DNA of 63,016 nt, filler included, from Rhabdomonas costata (Eukaryota): the NCBI GenBank assembly GCA_019059605.1. It is 57 parts of 57 records of this genome, joined end to end, with 100 filler letters (N's around TTAATTAATTAA, not from the genome) between each part and the next. Parts side by side here need not be neighbours in the genome. Positions count along the whole stretch, not along the records: positions 21,054 to 22,061 come from JAHMHO010033909.1; positions 22,162 to 23,169 come from JAHMHO010033910.1; positions 23,270 to 24,277 come from JAHMHO010033911.1; positions 24,378 to 25,377 come from JAHMHO010033912.1; positions 25,478 to 26,485 come from JAHMHO010033913.1; positions 26,586 to 27,593 come from JAHMHO010033914.1; positions 27,694 to 28,701 come from JAHMHO010033915.1; positions 28,802 to 29,809 come from JAHMHO010033916.1; 49 more parts are not named here. One strand, 5' to 3'. The notes under the pieces were generated by a model that saw nothing but the letters and a program-made list of their open reading frames with translations, did not search any database and was not told where the DNA came from. Positions 21,893-33,941 of the stretch are shown in pieces. How positions within the stretch are numbered: the first letter of the stretch is position 1; each line of letters begins with the position of its first letter. A program made the position numbers and the translations under genes.

Positions 21893-23360
21893 GAGAGGGT
21901 AAGGGCTGAAGAGATCTTGTACGTAAAGCAGAAGCATGTACAGCAGACCACTAAGACCCTCATAAGCGGCAAGACAAGCGAACCGCAACGCCGTTTACCA
22001 AAGGAAGGAAGAACCTAGGGGCGTGAAACTTGCGAAGCAGCGTCCTCAGCGGTCGCAGTCGNNNNNNNNNNNNNNNNNNNNNNNNNNNNNNNNNNNNNNN
22101 NNNNNTTAATTAATTAANNNNNNNNNNNNNNNNNNNNNNNNNNNNNNNNNNNNNNNNNNNNGGTTGGTTGAAAGAGCAGCCGGGAGACACGCACCCGCTG
22201 ACTACCACTGTGTCAACGAAATTCGCCACTTGCCACCACAGAGGGCTTACAAAGCCCATAAAAACAGTAAGGACGCCCACTCCAGCAACCAAAAGGTGAA
22301 GGGGTTGGGTGCCTCGTCAAAAGAGGCTCGGCCAAATGAAAGCGGCACCCCAGAAAGGAGAGGACGTGGCAGAGTTGGCCGCGTGCCTAAATATGATGGG
22401 GTGGAGAAACGCAACAACACAAGCAATACTCACGAATAGTCCTGCGCTCGCAAACAGAAAATCGGAGGGAGCGATAGATGCAGCCTAAGAAGCGGCACGA
22501 CAAAAAGACAGTTGTTACGAAGGTCTGGAGGCTCCTCCTGAGGCCAATAGGCGTTGCCCACGGGGCGAAGATACTGAGAACCAAAAAAGCTGTTCATAAG
22601 CGCACCGGCAATGACGAAAAATCTCGCCCTTGACTAAAAAGGCTGCCGTTGGAAAGCACGGAGCACGCTGGAACGCACTCTCACTCACCAATCCTTTAGC
22701 ACCTGGGGAGAAAAAGTTCATCTAAGCGGGCATTGGACACTTGAATCTAGATCCGTGGCTGCTCTCCGAAGGATGGCTTCAAGACGCATCTTTGCAGGAC
22801 GACTCCAAACGAGGAATTTCTCACATAACTCCTCTGCCTGTTGCTTGCTTTTTCTTTTTCAAATGCTTGCAATACCAACCCCGAATGAATCCTTTTGTGT
22901 GCTAATGCGAATGACTAACTGACGATAATGATCAACTGTATGCGTCAGGCTTACTACTTAAAACAACCTCTCTTGTGTCTTTCAGATTCCGGTTCTGAAG
23001 GCCAGGCGGCTTTGGTGTGAGTGACGAGACACAAACATCGGAACCGCCCGCCACATGCAACGAAGAAAGTACAAATCCATTCGTGTGTATCCATCTTGGG
23101 ATGAGTGAACCCAACCTAAATAATCATACCGACCCCAAATAATCCACGAGCAACCCACCCCACAAAACCNNNNNNNNNNNNNNNNNNNNNNNNNNNNNNN
23201 NNNNNNNNNNNNNTTAATTAATTAANNNNNNNNNNNNNNNNNNNNNNNNNNNNNNNNNNNNNNNNNNNNGGTGGTTTGTTGTCTTGTTGTCGTACTCTGC
23301 TCATCTTCCTGTCGTGTGTCCGCTGCACTTCGTAAGCGTGTACTGTGGATTTCCCTCCAG

Positions 23361-23522
23361 GTGATGTACAAGAGCTCCCTGGACTGCTGGGTGAAGATGG
23401 CCAAGACTGAGGGCATGAACTCCTTCTTCAAGGGTTGCTTCTCGAACATCTTCCGTGGCATCGGCGGGGCTGTGGTGCTTGTGCTGTATGACGAGTTCCA
23501 GAAGCTTTACAAACACCACTAA
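23361..23522 (+). CDS. AAC: Mitochondrial ADP/ATP carrier, last exon
   Basis: [53 protein letters not shown]; acceptor ttccctccag|; stop TAA. Confidence 0.95.
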   Translation: MMYKSSLDCWVKMAKTEGMNSFFKGCFSNIFRGIGGAVVLVLYDEFQKLYKHH

Positions 23523-25682
23523 GCCTTTCTGCTTTCAGCTTTCTCTCTCCGGGTCCTCCTCAGCTCCTTCCGGTACCTTTGGGGTGTATTACTCTCCGAA
23601 TGCTCTTTCCGGGAATTCCCAAATGGGGGGAGCTCCGACGAGCTGGCGGGTGAGAAGAAGCTTTTGCATGGAACGTGTTCGTGCGTGCGCGTGTGTGCGT
23701 GAAACGGGTTTTGGAGAACCGTCGCCAGCACAGCTTGCTGACGTGGGATCTTTTCCCGAATCGACTGTAACGGTGTGATATGCTGGTGATGACACTGCCG
23801 TCTGCGCTTCGTGTTGCTCCCGCATTTCTTGGATTGTCTTGGCTGCTCCGTTCTCTGCGTGAGCATACCAAATTTCGATGCAATGCTCTCAAACCGGTAG
23901 TAAGAGGCCAATTTTACAGAAACAATGCACGCAAAGGGCCCACGCGCCATTCATTTCGCCTTCAAGCTCCTGAGCCCCATTCTTTCGCAAGGCTGCAGCC
24001 ATGGTGTTTGTGTGCCGATCTCTTCACTCCAAACTCGACCGTTCTAGGTGCTATTTTCCGGTTGCCTCTCCTCCCCGCTGCCCCCTCCGCGCTGCAATAT
24101 ATTTGACGTGTTCTCTTCCGCAGCAACTTTTTTATATACCATATCATTTGTGCCGTGTAAATAATATGATAATAGGAGACATGCTATCCTTCCGCGCATA
24201 TGACATACACCGGTTGCCATATGCCCAGGCAAACCACCATTCCACGAAAGCAAAAAGGTAGGTACCGCCACCAACAANNNNNNNNNNNNNNNNNNNNNNN
24301 NNNNNNNNNNNNNNNNNNNNNTTAATTAATTAANNNNNNNNNNNNNNNNNNNNNNNNNNNNNNNNNNNNNNNNNNNNGGTTTTTGGGACTTGGAAGAACG
24401 TTTTTCCTTGTTGATGTTTGCGCATCTTTTTGTTTGCTTTTGGGGTTTTTGCATTCACCTGTTACTTTTGAGGTCACTCGGGCGCATTTATGACGCCGTA
24501 GGATATCTCCTTAAACTTCTCAGCGTTATATCGTCTAACGGCATTATACCACATGCCACCATTGTCGTTCTGCACTTTTTGGACATTTTCTCAGTCTCTC
24601 TCATTCCAGGCACTTCGCAGACTTATGGGCATGTGTTCGCTTTGCATTCTCAGGAGGCAGGCCGTCGACGACCCCCCTGGGTGCTCGAAGACCGACTTGA
24701 CTTCCTTTAGCCGTCACCGTGTGTCGCCGTCCTTGTGTGTCTCGTGTCTTCGTGTCGACGTGCATGTGAGCACCATCCGCAGAAGTTTAGAACAACCAGC
24801 GGGCTTGTGAGGCAGGTTTTTCCCGTTGCCTTTCTTTTTTTCCCGTTTGTTCATTCTTTTGTGAATGTTTCTGTACATATTCTGCTGCCCTTCCCACCTT
24901 CAGTTCACGGTTTGGCTCACCGCTCTTCGCGGTGGGTTTTGTGTGCGTGCTTGTGGTGTTTCGTGCATGGACGCTTGAGCTGCTCATTGGTGCGCGAACC
25001 CTTGCATTTGCGTGGTAGAGTTGGGCCAGGCCTTTCTCCGTTCCTTCGTCGAGGAGGGGGGTCCCCCCCACCGCCTGTTTCCCTCTGCGCTGCAAACCAA
25101 AGTCTCCCGTGCAAGTCATTCTGTTTTCCTCAAATGCAGTAACCATTGCTGTCTATCTCAGCTGGGTCAATTCCTGATGCGCATTATTCTTGCATTAAGT
25201 GTGCTGTGAGGGAGCATCCCATTCTAAGTGAGGTTCTTCAGGTCATTCCCGGACGGATACGCCCTTCAGAGACCGTCTTTTGGCGGTATGAAAATGCGCT
25301 GTCTATCGATGAGGACTGAGGCACTGCAAGAACTTCCTCCTAAACCTCCAGCAGCGCCTCTCACTTCCAACCCCCACNNNNNNNNNNNNNNNNNNNNNNN
25401 NNNNNNNNNNNNNNNNNNNNNTTAATTAATTAANNNNNNNNNNNNNNNNNNNNNNNNNNNNNNNNNNNNNNNNNNNNGGGTTGTTGTTGTTATAGCAGTG
25501 CCAACAACATTATCATTTTTCAATCGGAATTCGTTCACAACGAAAATGTTACATTCCCTCAAACCAACCGCAAAATCCACACTTCGACATCCAAATCAAC
25601 AGCTCGTAAAACGAAGGAAGGCGTTTCCCTATTTTTTAAAGCTCCAAACGATGTTTCAATCTACCCTGCATTCGGCTGGTCA

Positions 25683-26423
25683 TCACCACTGTGCCAGGAC
25701 CCTCAGAGTCTCCTCAGCCCTCCTCTGATCCTCCTGAGCCTTCCTCAACGACAGCTCCAGAAACACGACGGCCTTGGGGGCGTTCCGGAAAATCCAGCCA
25801 ACGCGGTGGCGTCGGCGCCCATCCCGTTCTGAAAACTCCAAAAGAGGCGGCGTTGTACTGAAATGGTCAACGCTGTAGGCGAACCTGACACAGCCAACGT
25901 GGCGAAGCTCTTGCGGCAGTGTAAACCGCAGGATGCCCTGAACATGCCATCCCACATCATACGTGGAGAAGCTGAAGGACACCGGGTACACATCAAGCGT
26001 AACCGCACGACCCATGAACTGAACATCCACGAGACACTGTGAGAGGGTAGCCTCCGGGATATACCCTCGGCTCCCATCCCCATGCACATCTACACTAAGC
26101 TCCAGAATCCCGCCACCACCTATCCGAACGCGCTCCACAACACAGTGGTAGTGGTCATCAAGGCGACTGTAAGCAGGCCCACTTTCGGGAACTTGGTCGA
26201 GGGCACAGCTCAGGTCCGCAAGCGCAATAAGACTGGCCGGGGGCCGGTACCCCGGGAAACCCTCGCACAGCTTTTCCACCACCGGGCCACCATCTCGGAG
26301 AAGGGCATGATATGCCCTGCACGTCGCGCGAAAGCAGAAGGCCTCTTCCACCTCGAAAAACGCCAGAATCTCACACAGGATGTCTTGGCCCAGACTGGCG
26401 AGGTCACGTCTGGCTGCTGCCAT
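25683..26423 (-). CDS. F-box protein, 246 aa, apparently intronless
   Basis: ATG followed by LASLGQDILCEILAFFEVEEAFCFRATCRAYHALL (F-box consensus); uninterrupted ORF. Confidence 0.7.
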   Translation of the reverse strand: MAAARRDLASLGQDILCEILAFFEVEEAFCFRATCRAYHALLRDGGPVVEKLCEGFPGYRPPASLIALADLSCALDQVPESGPAYSRLDDHYHCVVERVRIGGGGILELSVDVHGDGSRGYIPEATLSQCLVDVQFMGRAVTLDVYPVSFSFSTYDVGWHVQGILRFTLPQELRHVGCVRFAYSVDHFSTTPPLLEFSERDGRRRHRVGWIFRNAPKAVVFLELSLRKAQEDQRRAEETLRVLAQW

Positions 26424-27394
26424 TTAGCCAAAGGCAAAAAAGTGCTAATTCAAAGCTAGCAAAAGCGACCGATTACCTACAAACCNNNNNNNNNNNNNNN
26501 NNNNNNNNNNNNNNNNNNNNNNNNNNNNNTTAATTAATTAANNNNNNNNNNNNNNNNNNNNNNNNNNNNNNNNNNNNNNNNNNNNGAGGAAGAGATGTGA
26601 CTGTGTGCGGTTTTGGGAAGGCGCGGAGGGAGGAGGGCGGAGGGGGACGGATAAATGCGTTGAGACCCCATACAGGAGTACTCCAGCACAGCAAGGGAAG
26701 TTTGGGCAGTGCGAATACTCTTGTCACGACAGTTCTCTCGGGAGTTGGACGGGGGCGGAGGGGCACGCAGACGTCGGACGTGGTGCACCAGGTCCTTAGG
26801 TGTGCCTTCCGGGTGTCAAGGAGGCTCGGACCCACCTCAGAGTAAATGCGGACAGTCCTGCGTTGGTTCACATCGAAGCAAGGCCCGGTGCCATACGGAA
26901 GTGGGGTGTGTGCCTGGTTCGCCGCGGCGACAGTTCCCAGGCTGGCATATGTGCGGGGCAAGCAAAGGCTGTCGGAAAGCCGCACTCTGAAAAGCTATGT
27001 GATGCCCTCCACTGGTGTTGCGACATTGATGTGGTAGCTGCATGAGAACTGGAAATGAGGCACGCGATCAACTTTAATGTGTTCTGTCCTGTCTGATTGC
27101 ATTGTCCTGGAATGCTCTCCCGCTTTGGTGCGCCTTTATTAAATTCTGATTTTTTTAATGTCTCCAAATTTTTCGCTGAGACCGTGGTAAAAGTTACGGG
27201 GACAATGTTAGCGTAGGGATACTTAGACATTGCGTCCGATATCGGATGGTGCTACTTCTGTACTTCTGTGCCTGTCCTGTGCACTGCAACCACGATTCTG
27301 AGATGTGCGCCGCTATGTCTGCACTTCGCCGCGATTCGAGTAGTTCCTTGAGTAAGTGGGTTGGATGGTCTAGCTTCTGTACTTTTGTTGCTAG

Positions 27395-27593
27395 GCGGAA
27401 CTCGGGCGGCGGTCTGAGGTATGCCCGGGCTGTGGCTTGATGCTGGGCACGGCGACACGGCCTCGACATCCGCTGCCCTGCGGCCACTCCATCTGTGGGC
27501 AATGCTGGGGTAGCTGGAAGCTCCGCCCAGACCAGCGTGCAGCCTGTCCCAAGTGTGGCCAGGGCGCTATCCCGAGGCCTCCTTCTCCGAACC
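27395..27593 (+). CDS. RING-HC (C3HC4) zinc finger exon, truncated by the contig end
   Basis: CPGC...LPCGHSICGQC...CPKC, in frame with the acceptor ttttgttgctag|. Confidence 0.8.
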
Positions 27594-27693
27594 NNNNNNN
27601 NNNNNNNNNNNNNNNNNNNNNNNNNNNNNNNNNNNNNTTAATTAATTAANNNNNNNNNNNNNNNNNNNNNNNNNNNNNNNNNNNNNNNNNNNN

Positions 27694-28701
27694 GGACTGT
27701 GAGGGACCGGGAGAGTTCCCTTTGAAGCAGTGCTGGTGGGGTGTCGCGAGTGAGGAGAGGGCGTCTTGAGGCCAAGCTGCTCTGGTGACTCAGAGACGCT
27801 AGAGGCCTCGCTGCTGGTTTCAGTGGTGTGCTCGTGGCGGAAGCTGTCACGAAACCTGGCAGTGGTTGCGTTATCGATGTGGCGTTCGGTGCTCTCCACA
27901 AAAGTGGCCACCTTTGGCAAATCTTTGAGGGGACAATCGAAGAACCAGTGGCCCTTGCCACACTGGTTGCACTGGTGCGGTGGACGCCGCCGAGTGTCGA
28001 AGATCTTACCATCCTTGGAGACGCAGTAACGGGCAGGTGGCTTCCCACAAGGGAAACTGAAAGAATGGGAGGGGTATTTGGCACGCTGAGGGCACTCGCT
28101 GCTTCAGTGCCGTTGGTTGCAGGTGTAGCACATACCCGGTCTGTGTGGGATAATCCGTGCGCCACGTTTTGCCCGAGTTTTGCGCCGTGTAGACGTTAGT
28201 CGTTGGGTGGCAGAAAGGCGAAGTCTACCGTGGCCCTGTGGGCGAACAGTTTGGCAGCGAGCGAGGCTTGTCCGGAGCTGATCAGGTGCTCGTAAATTTT
28301 TCCCAGAGTGGTGATCACTGCTGACTGGGACTTGTAGGTCCACTGTGGCAGCGGAGGTACAGCATCGGGAAGCTCCGTGTCTTGTTTGCGTGGATGTTGA
28401 CGGCTGCGATTGATGCCCGAACAGCTTGTGCAACCTCCCGGCCAAGATTGAGCTTCAAATCACGCAGTGAGGCGGAAAGAGAAGCCACGCTAGACTCCAG
28501 TTGGAGAACGCGATCGACAGAGGCAGCAGAAGATGCTAAGGCTGAATGTTCCGTAGCAGCAGGTGAAGACGAGGAGGCCCCAGAGTCATCCGCGACATTG
28601 ATGACCTGGGACCAGTCAAATGAAGCACAGTCCGTCACTCGAATGAGTGCACGAAGGCCTTCCGCGGTGCACAAATGTGTGGTAAACGAGTACACCAACA
28701 C
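27694..28701 (-). mobile_element. Decayed gag-like ORF with a coiled-coil segment and two C-x2-C-x3-H-x4-C knuckles (28089-28130 and 27930-27971)
   Basis: CYTCNQRH*SSECP and CNQCGKGHWFFDCP lie in one frame; no evident introns; frameshifts upstream. Confidence 0.55.
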
Positions 28702-30099
28702 NNNNNNNNNNNNNNNNNNNNNNNNNNNNNNNNNNNNNNNNNNNNTTAATTAATTAANNNNNNNNNNNNNNNNNNNNNNNNNNNNNNNNNNNNNNNNNNN
28801 NCAAAGCCCGTATAAAAACGTTAATGAGTGTAAAAACATTTTCGATGCGGCGTGTGGAGTCGCCTTCAGGATTTTTCTTTCATCTTATTACTTGTGCTTG
28901 TCTGTTTCACCAAAATGTCTTAAAAACCAAGTCCAAGAACCTCTAGATATTTATGGGAAAGACAGCCAAAGCTTAACTGGGACCAGGAGTGCTCGATGAT
29001 CTTATCTAGGCATATTTGCAGGACATGTTGCGTTATAAACCACCATCATGTCTGGCGTCACATCTAGCGGGTAAGTGCTCCACCATTCGTTTCTCTCACA
29101 CAATTCGGAGGCGTAAAAGGGCCAATGTCAGCGCGCAAGCGGGTGGCTGCGACTTCGACAACCCCCCCCCTCATTCTGACGAGGAATGACCACCTATATC
29201 GCATTGTGGTGCAAATATGGCTTCTTCAACCTCAACTGCAACGTTGCCGTGTTTTAGATTCCATCTCGAAGGTTCTCCAAACAGTGAAAAGAACTGTGGA
29301 AACAAGAAGTCGCTTTACCTCCATCTTGAGAACTGCCACATTCATGCAGGTGAGTAGTTAGTGGTTACTTTGTTTTTTGTGAGGAGCTCAGGCGCTTCTG
29401 TCCAATTTTTTGCATTATAATCACCGGAACATCCACATGCCGACAGTATAATCGGAATGGACCGCATACTGGTGCCAGTGGAGATGCTGCTCAGGCAGCT
29501 CACTGGAGCGCTTCTGACCTCCGTTGAAGCAGATTTTTGACTTCTGTATCAGTCTGTGATCTTGCAAAGTTGCTGATCAGGCCTGGTTTTGTTCTCATTC
29601 CATTTTCAGTGGATGGAAAAACACGATGGTAAAGCTTTCAGGCTTGTGCGTGCGCGTATACCACGCCTCCTGGCTGGTGAGTTACAACCAGAGGCAACGC
29701 CTATCGGAAGCCTAAAGCGCTTCGTGGCTATAACCAGCCAGGATCTTTCTTCAACCACAGAGCGCCTCGTTGTCAACGCGGTGTGGCACAAGTCACTCTC
29801 AAAACCCACNNNNNNNNNNNNNNNNNNNNNNNNNNNNNNNNNNNNNNNNNNNNTTAATTAATTAANNNNNNNNNNNNNNNNNNNNNNNNNNNNNNNNNNN
29901 NNNNNNNNNGACAAATTGGGGAAAAAAAAGGGGGGGGGTAAACAATTATGCCGCGTTTGGCCGGCGCACAGGCGCCGTCTGACAAAAAATCGCTTGCAGT
30001 CCGACTTCGCATTCAGAGCGAGGTGTTCTGTGCTACCCATAGAAGTAGTTGGGTTCAGCAGAAAGAGACAGCCCGAAATGCAAATGACATAGCCGTGAG

Positions 30100-30310
30100 T
30101 TATAGTATAGTTTCTTCCTGCAAAATCTTGTTGCCCCTCAAGGTCCGAAGAGAAGACGCCCTTGTCATCCGCGAACCGCGATATTACTCCGATAAAATAA
30201 CCCTTGAAATTGTTCACCGTGTCTTTCGCTGCAGTTGTTCTCATTTCTGTGGGGTTGCACTGATTGATTTCGCTGTCTTCCAGGAATCCGCAAATTCTCT
30301 TTTGTTGTTG
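30100..30310 (-). mobile_element. Possible decayed reverse transcriptase fragment
   Basis: KGYFIGVISRFADDKGVFSSDLEGQQ resembles GY.IG...FADD..LF....EGLQ, but the upstream QG motif is not recognisable. Confidence 0.3.
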
Positions 30311-31068
30311 AACTGACTGGATATGAGCACTTTTTCCAATCTGTCGTATTGTAGTATTAGGATGTGTTTGTGAGTGGCAATATTGCTGCCGTTGGGGGTC
30401 GGGCGAGTTTCGGTTTACACGGATGAAAGCCCTGAAGTTCATATGCCCCTTCTGTTGTATTCCTATCTGGTACCTTTCCCTGACTGTGTTTGCACCTCAA
30501 GGAAAGCAACTTGTCTGTTGTTAATCCGCTTTTCTTTTCTGCCGAATACCAATGGAGCAGTTTTGGCACACCCTGAGAAATATTCTCGCCCAACCATCGG
30601 GCACGCATGGGCTTCCCGGGGTTCTGTGTGAGATGCTCCTGGAGACAGGGGCAGGTGGAACTGTGCACCCCTTGCTGAGCTGCACTAAGGACCAGGCATG
30701 CCACAAGGCTTGAGTTCGAGGTCGTGAGAACCTCCTCTCCCTCTTTCCGCTGAAGTACTTGCTGCAGGAGGAAGGAAAACGTAGTTGTTGAAAGCTTTTT
30801 TTTTACCGTTCGCCGCACTTTGACACGTGTGCAAGGAAGTTCAGTGCAGTAGGAAGCGATATGGAGGGCTCGGTGGATTTCCCTTTTCATTGTGGTGTAC
30901 AAAGACAACACACACANNNNNNNNNNNNNNNNNNNNNNNNNNNNNNNNNNNNNNNNNNNNTTAATTAATTAANNNNNNNNNNNNNNNNNNNNNNNNNNNN
31001 NNNNNNNNNNNNNNNNTGTGTTGGGGTGTGTGTGTGTGTGAATGCAGTTTTACCCTCCCCTCCTCGCC

Positions 31069-31565
31069 GTGCAGGTACACCAGCGCGCTCAGCAGCTGCC
31101 GCGTGTAGCTCCGCACCACACTCTGCGGACGCGCGTAAGGTCGGGGAGATGGGGAGGGTAAAACTGCATTCACACACACACACACACGTTCACTCGTTCA
31201 TTCATACACTCACTATGTGCAATACCGCCTCTCCGCGAACTTCGGGCACAAGAGCAGAGCTGAGCAGAGCGGAACAGACGAGAAGCGCAGAAAACCCGGA
31301 ACGGTGTCCAGCTCCAAGACGATTCCGCATCAACCACTTTGTTAACACACACAAATACACACACACACACACGTGCCCCCCCCCCTTCGCATCTCTTTGT
31401 CTCCTTTGTCTGTGTAAAAATGCACCGCTGAAGATGCCTCTCGTGCTTCTCTACTTTATGCATGAAACTGAGGCACGACAAAAGGAAAACCAAAAACGTT
31501 TGGCAACCTCGGTCAAGGGGCCGAAGTTGGAAATCATCTCGCTCACGCTGACCCCATCGATATAC
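31069..31565 (-). CDS. STE/MAP3K-type Ser/Thr kinase, two exons (31508-31565 and ~31069-31122), subdomains V-VIa
   Basis: Spliced YIDGVSVSEMISNFGPLTE|SVVRSYTRQLLSALVYLH; GT-AG intron at 31123-31507. Confidence 0.88.
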
Positions 31566-33479
31566 CTGCGAGAGAGGAGCCACGTCAAAGAAGGCAGCAT
31601 AACAAAGGCTTCATAAAAAGCCTGTGACCGCACAATGTCTGGCTCCGCATTTTTAAGGGCGTTGGCCACTGGGATGAGGTTCCCCAAAAAACACCTCAGC
31701 GCACTACAATCACAGTTCGACGTGGGCCCCACTCAGCGCTCACAAGTCCATCCATCCATCCACTCCACTTGACTGGAAAAAAGGCACTGATGACGGATGA
31801 TGCCACCCACCACATCATGTCCGTGAGTCCAAGTCCTGGCGGGTCTAGTATCGGAATACGTGATCGGAACATCACCTGCAGCTTTTCAGCTCTTCAGTCA
31901 ACGTTAAAATACTATGCATCACAGAATTCTTCCCCAGGAAGGATGGCGCAACATCGCACCCAGCAGCCGGGTCTCAATACACAAAGTGCCATACTCGAGA
32001 AAGAGGTTCAGGCGCCCCACACCCNNNNNNNNNNNNNNNNNNNNNNNNNNNNNNNNNNNNNNNNNNNNTTAATTAATTAANNNNNNNNNNNNNNNNNNNN
32101 NNNNNNNNNNNNNNNNNNNNNNNNGGGGTGGGGTGTTGGGTGGAGTGCTGGAAAACCCTCTGCGGCCTCCTTCGTTGAGGGCCAAGACGGGCGGTGGCTC
32201 CGTTCGCTCCGCAGCGGTGCTTTTGCTGTCCACGAGGTAGTTCTGCGCAGCGGAGATGAGTTTTGGGAAGATGGATGGGTACTGCTTGCTTGCTTCTTTT
32301 CCCTGTACAGAGTGTGGCGGTGCGTGGTCTCGCGATTCGGAGCTGCGATGTGATTCACACATCGCAGGGTTTCGCTTATTGCCCGAAGTGGGTTCCCGTT
32401 TCCAGAGTTTTGATCGCACACTGTCGGGCCTGTTGACCTGTTTTCTTGTGATAAAGTGATTGCAATGTACAGACCTTCTTCCTCCATTCTCCCGACCTCA
32501 GTTTTGATTTTTTCATTCGGCGAAGTGCTGTGAATTCTTCCAGTTTTTTTTTCGCTTTTTCTCCTGAGATTAGCGATTCAGACACGTTTCTGCGTGTAGT
32601 CATCGTGTCTGCTTCGCTGAACCGCTGCGTGGACCTGCCACGGTTCCTTTTTGGTGTGCTACCGTTTTCTGTGCTTTTGCGTAAAGTACTTTTTGCTTCT
32701 TTTCCTGGAGTCTTGGTAGGTTTTGCGAAGATTGCACTTGAGTGTGTGAAAAAACATCACATGTGTCAGAGGTGTGGGTGAATGTTTACCATTGATGTCT
32801 CTCAAGTACCGCATCCTACAGCACTGGGGTATGGAGTAGGGGCGGTCTGAGAAGCAATCAGCAATCAGCGATCAGCGTGAGAACCTCAAAGGCCCGCGGG
32901 ACGCGGGACGCAGACAGTTCCATGCAACGATAAGGCCAAGTGCGCAGACTGCCGGTGTGCGTGTGTGTGTGTCGCGTGTTCTCCCTTCACACCCAGCTGT
33001 GTGTGTGTGTGTGTGTCGTGAGGTTCAAACAGGTTCAAATAGCAGCACTCCCGCTCTTCTTCGTTCAGGTTTTTTTCCACGTTCTTCTACCGCGTATACC
33101 TCTGACATACTGACATACCCATCCCACCCACCNNNNNNNNNNNNNNNNNNNNNNNNNNNNNNNNNNNNNNNNNNNNTTAATTAATTAANNNNNNNNNNNN
33201 NNNNNNNNNNNNNNNNNNNNNNNNNNNNNNNNTGTGGTTTGGCAAGGCAGCCACCGGCGCCTTGTTTGAAAGAGAAAGAGTTGAGGAGGTAACTCCTTGA
33301 AGAATATCAGACGATAATTGAGTATGCACCTCTTATCTCGTGTTGCTTGAGTTGAGGCTGATTTGCAATTCCTTTTGCATTTCTAGCGTAACCGTGGTGT
33401 CTTCCATTTTTCCTGTCCCTTTCTGCGCTTCTCCACCTTTCTGTCTCGTTTGTACGCCACCTCTGCCGGATTTTCGGAA

Positions 33480-33941
33480 ATGGCTCTCCCAAAGCTTGAC
33501 ATGTATCGGCCTATTCAGTACTGCGACGACTGGCAGGTCGGCATTCCCTTGATTGATTCCCAAGTATGCCGACCCGCCCTTATCGTGCTCTCTGTCCCCC
33601 ATTCACCACTATGCCCTTTTCAAGACAGCACTTTCCGCGGAGATGCCTCTCTCGGAGAAACCTCCGTCTCTGAGACTCAGAAATTCTGGAAAAACTTAGA
33701 ATTAGAGGTACCAGACGGTAGATGCAAGTCCCCAGACTTCCTTCAGGAGTCCCGAAGCCCTTTTTAGTTCATTGCACGCGTTGATTATGCCCTTGAATAT
33801 ATCCCGCAGCATCTTCGGCTGTTTGAGATGATGGAGGACCTTCGGCTTGCCGCGGTCTCTCACGCGGACCATGCGGTCACCACAAAGGCCCTGAAGGGCC
33901 TGGTCGACTACTGCGGAGAGCACTTCGAGTGCGAGCAAATG
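33480..33941 (+). CDS. Hemerythrin-family di-iron protein, exons 33480-33563 and 33810-33941
   Basis: Spliced MALPKLDMYRPIQYCDDWQVGIPLIDSQ|HLRLFEMMEDLRLAAVSHADHAVTTKALKGLVDYCGEHFECEQM with VG...ID.QH..LF and L.DY...HF..E; intron gtatgc...cccgcag; next donor gtgcgg. Confidence 0.9.

Noticed and set aside
28104..28106. UGA=Trp recoding in the host
   Set aside because: Intact exons use TGG for Trp, TGA ends the SMYD and F-box ORFs, and the element has other lesions.
31026..31185. TIR element capturing a kinase exon
   Set aside because: The arms are exact, lie at the contig start and truncate the exon, matching the fold-back chimera pattern.
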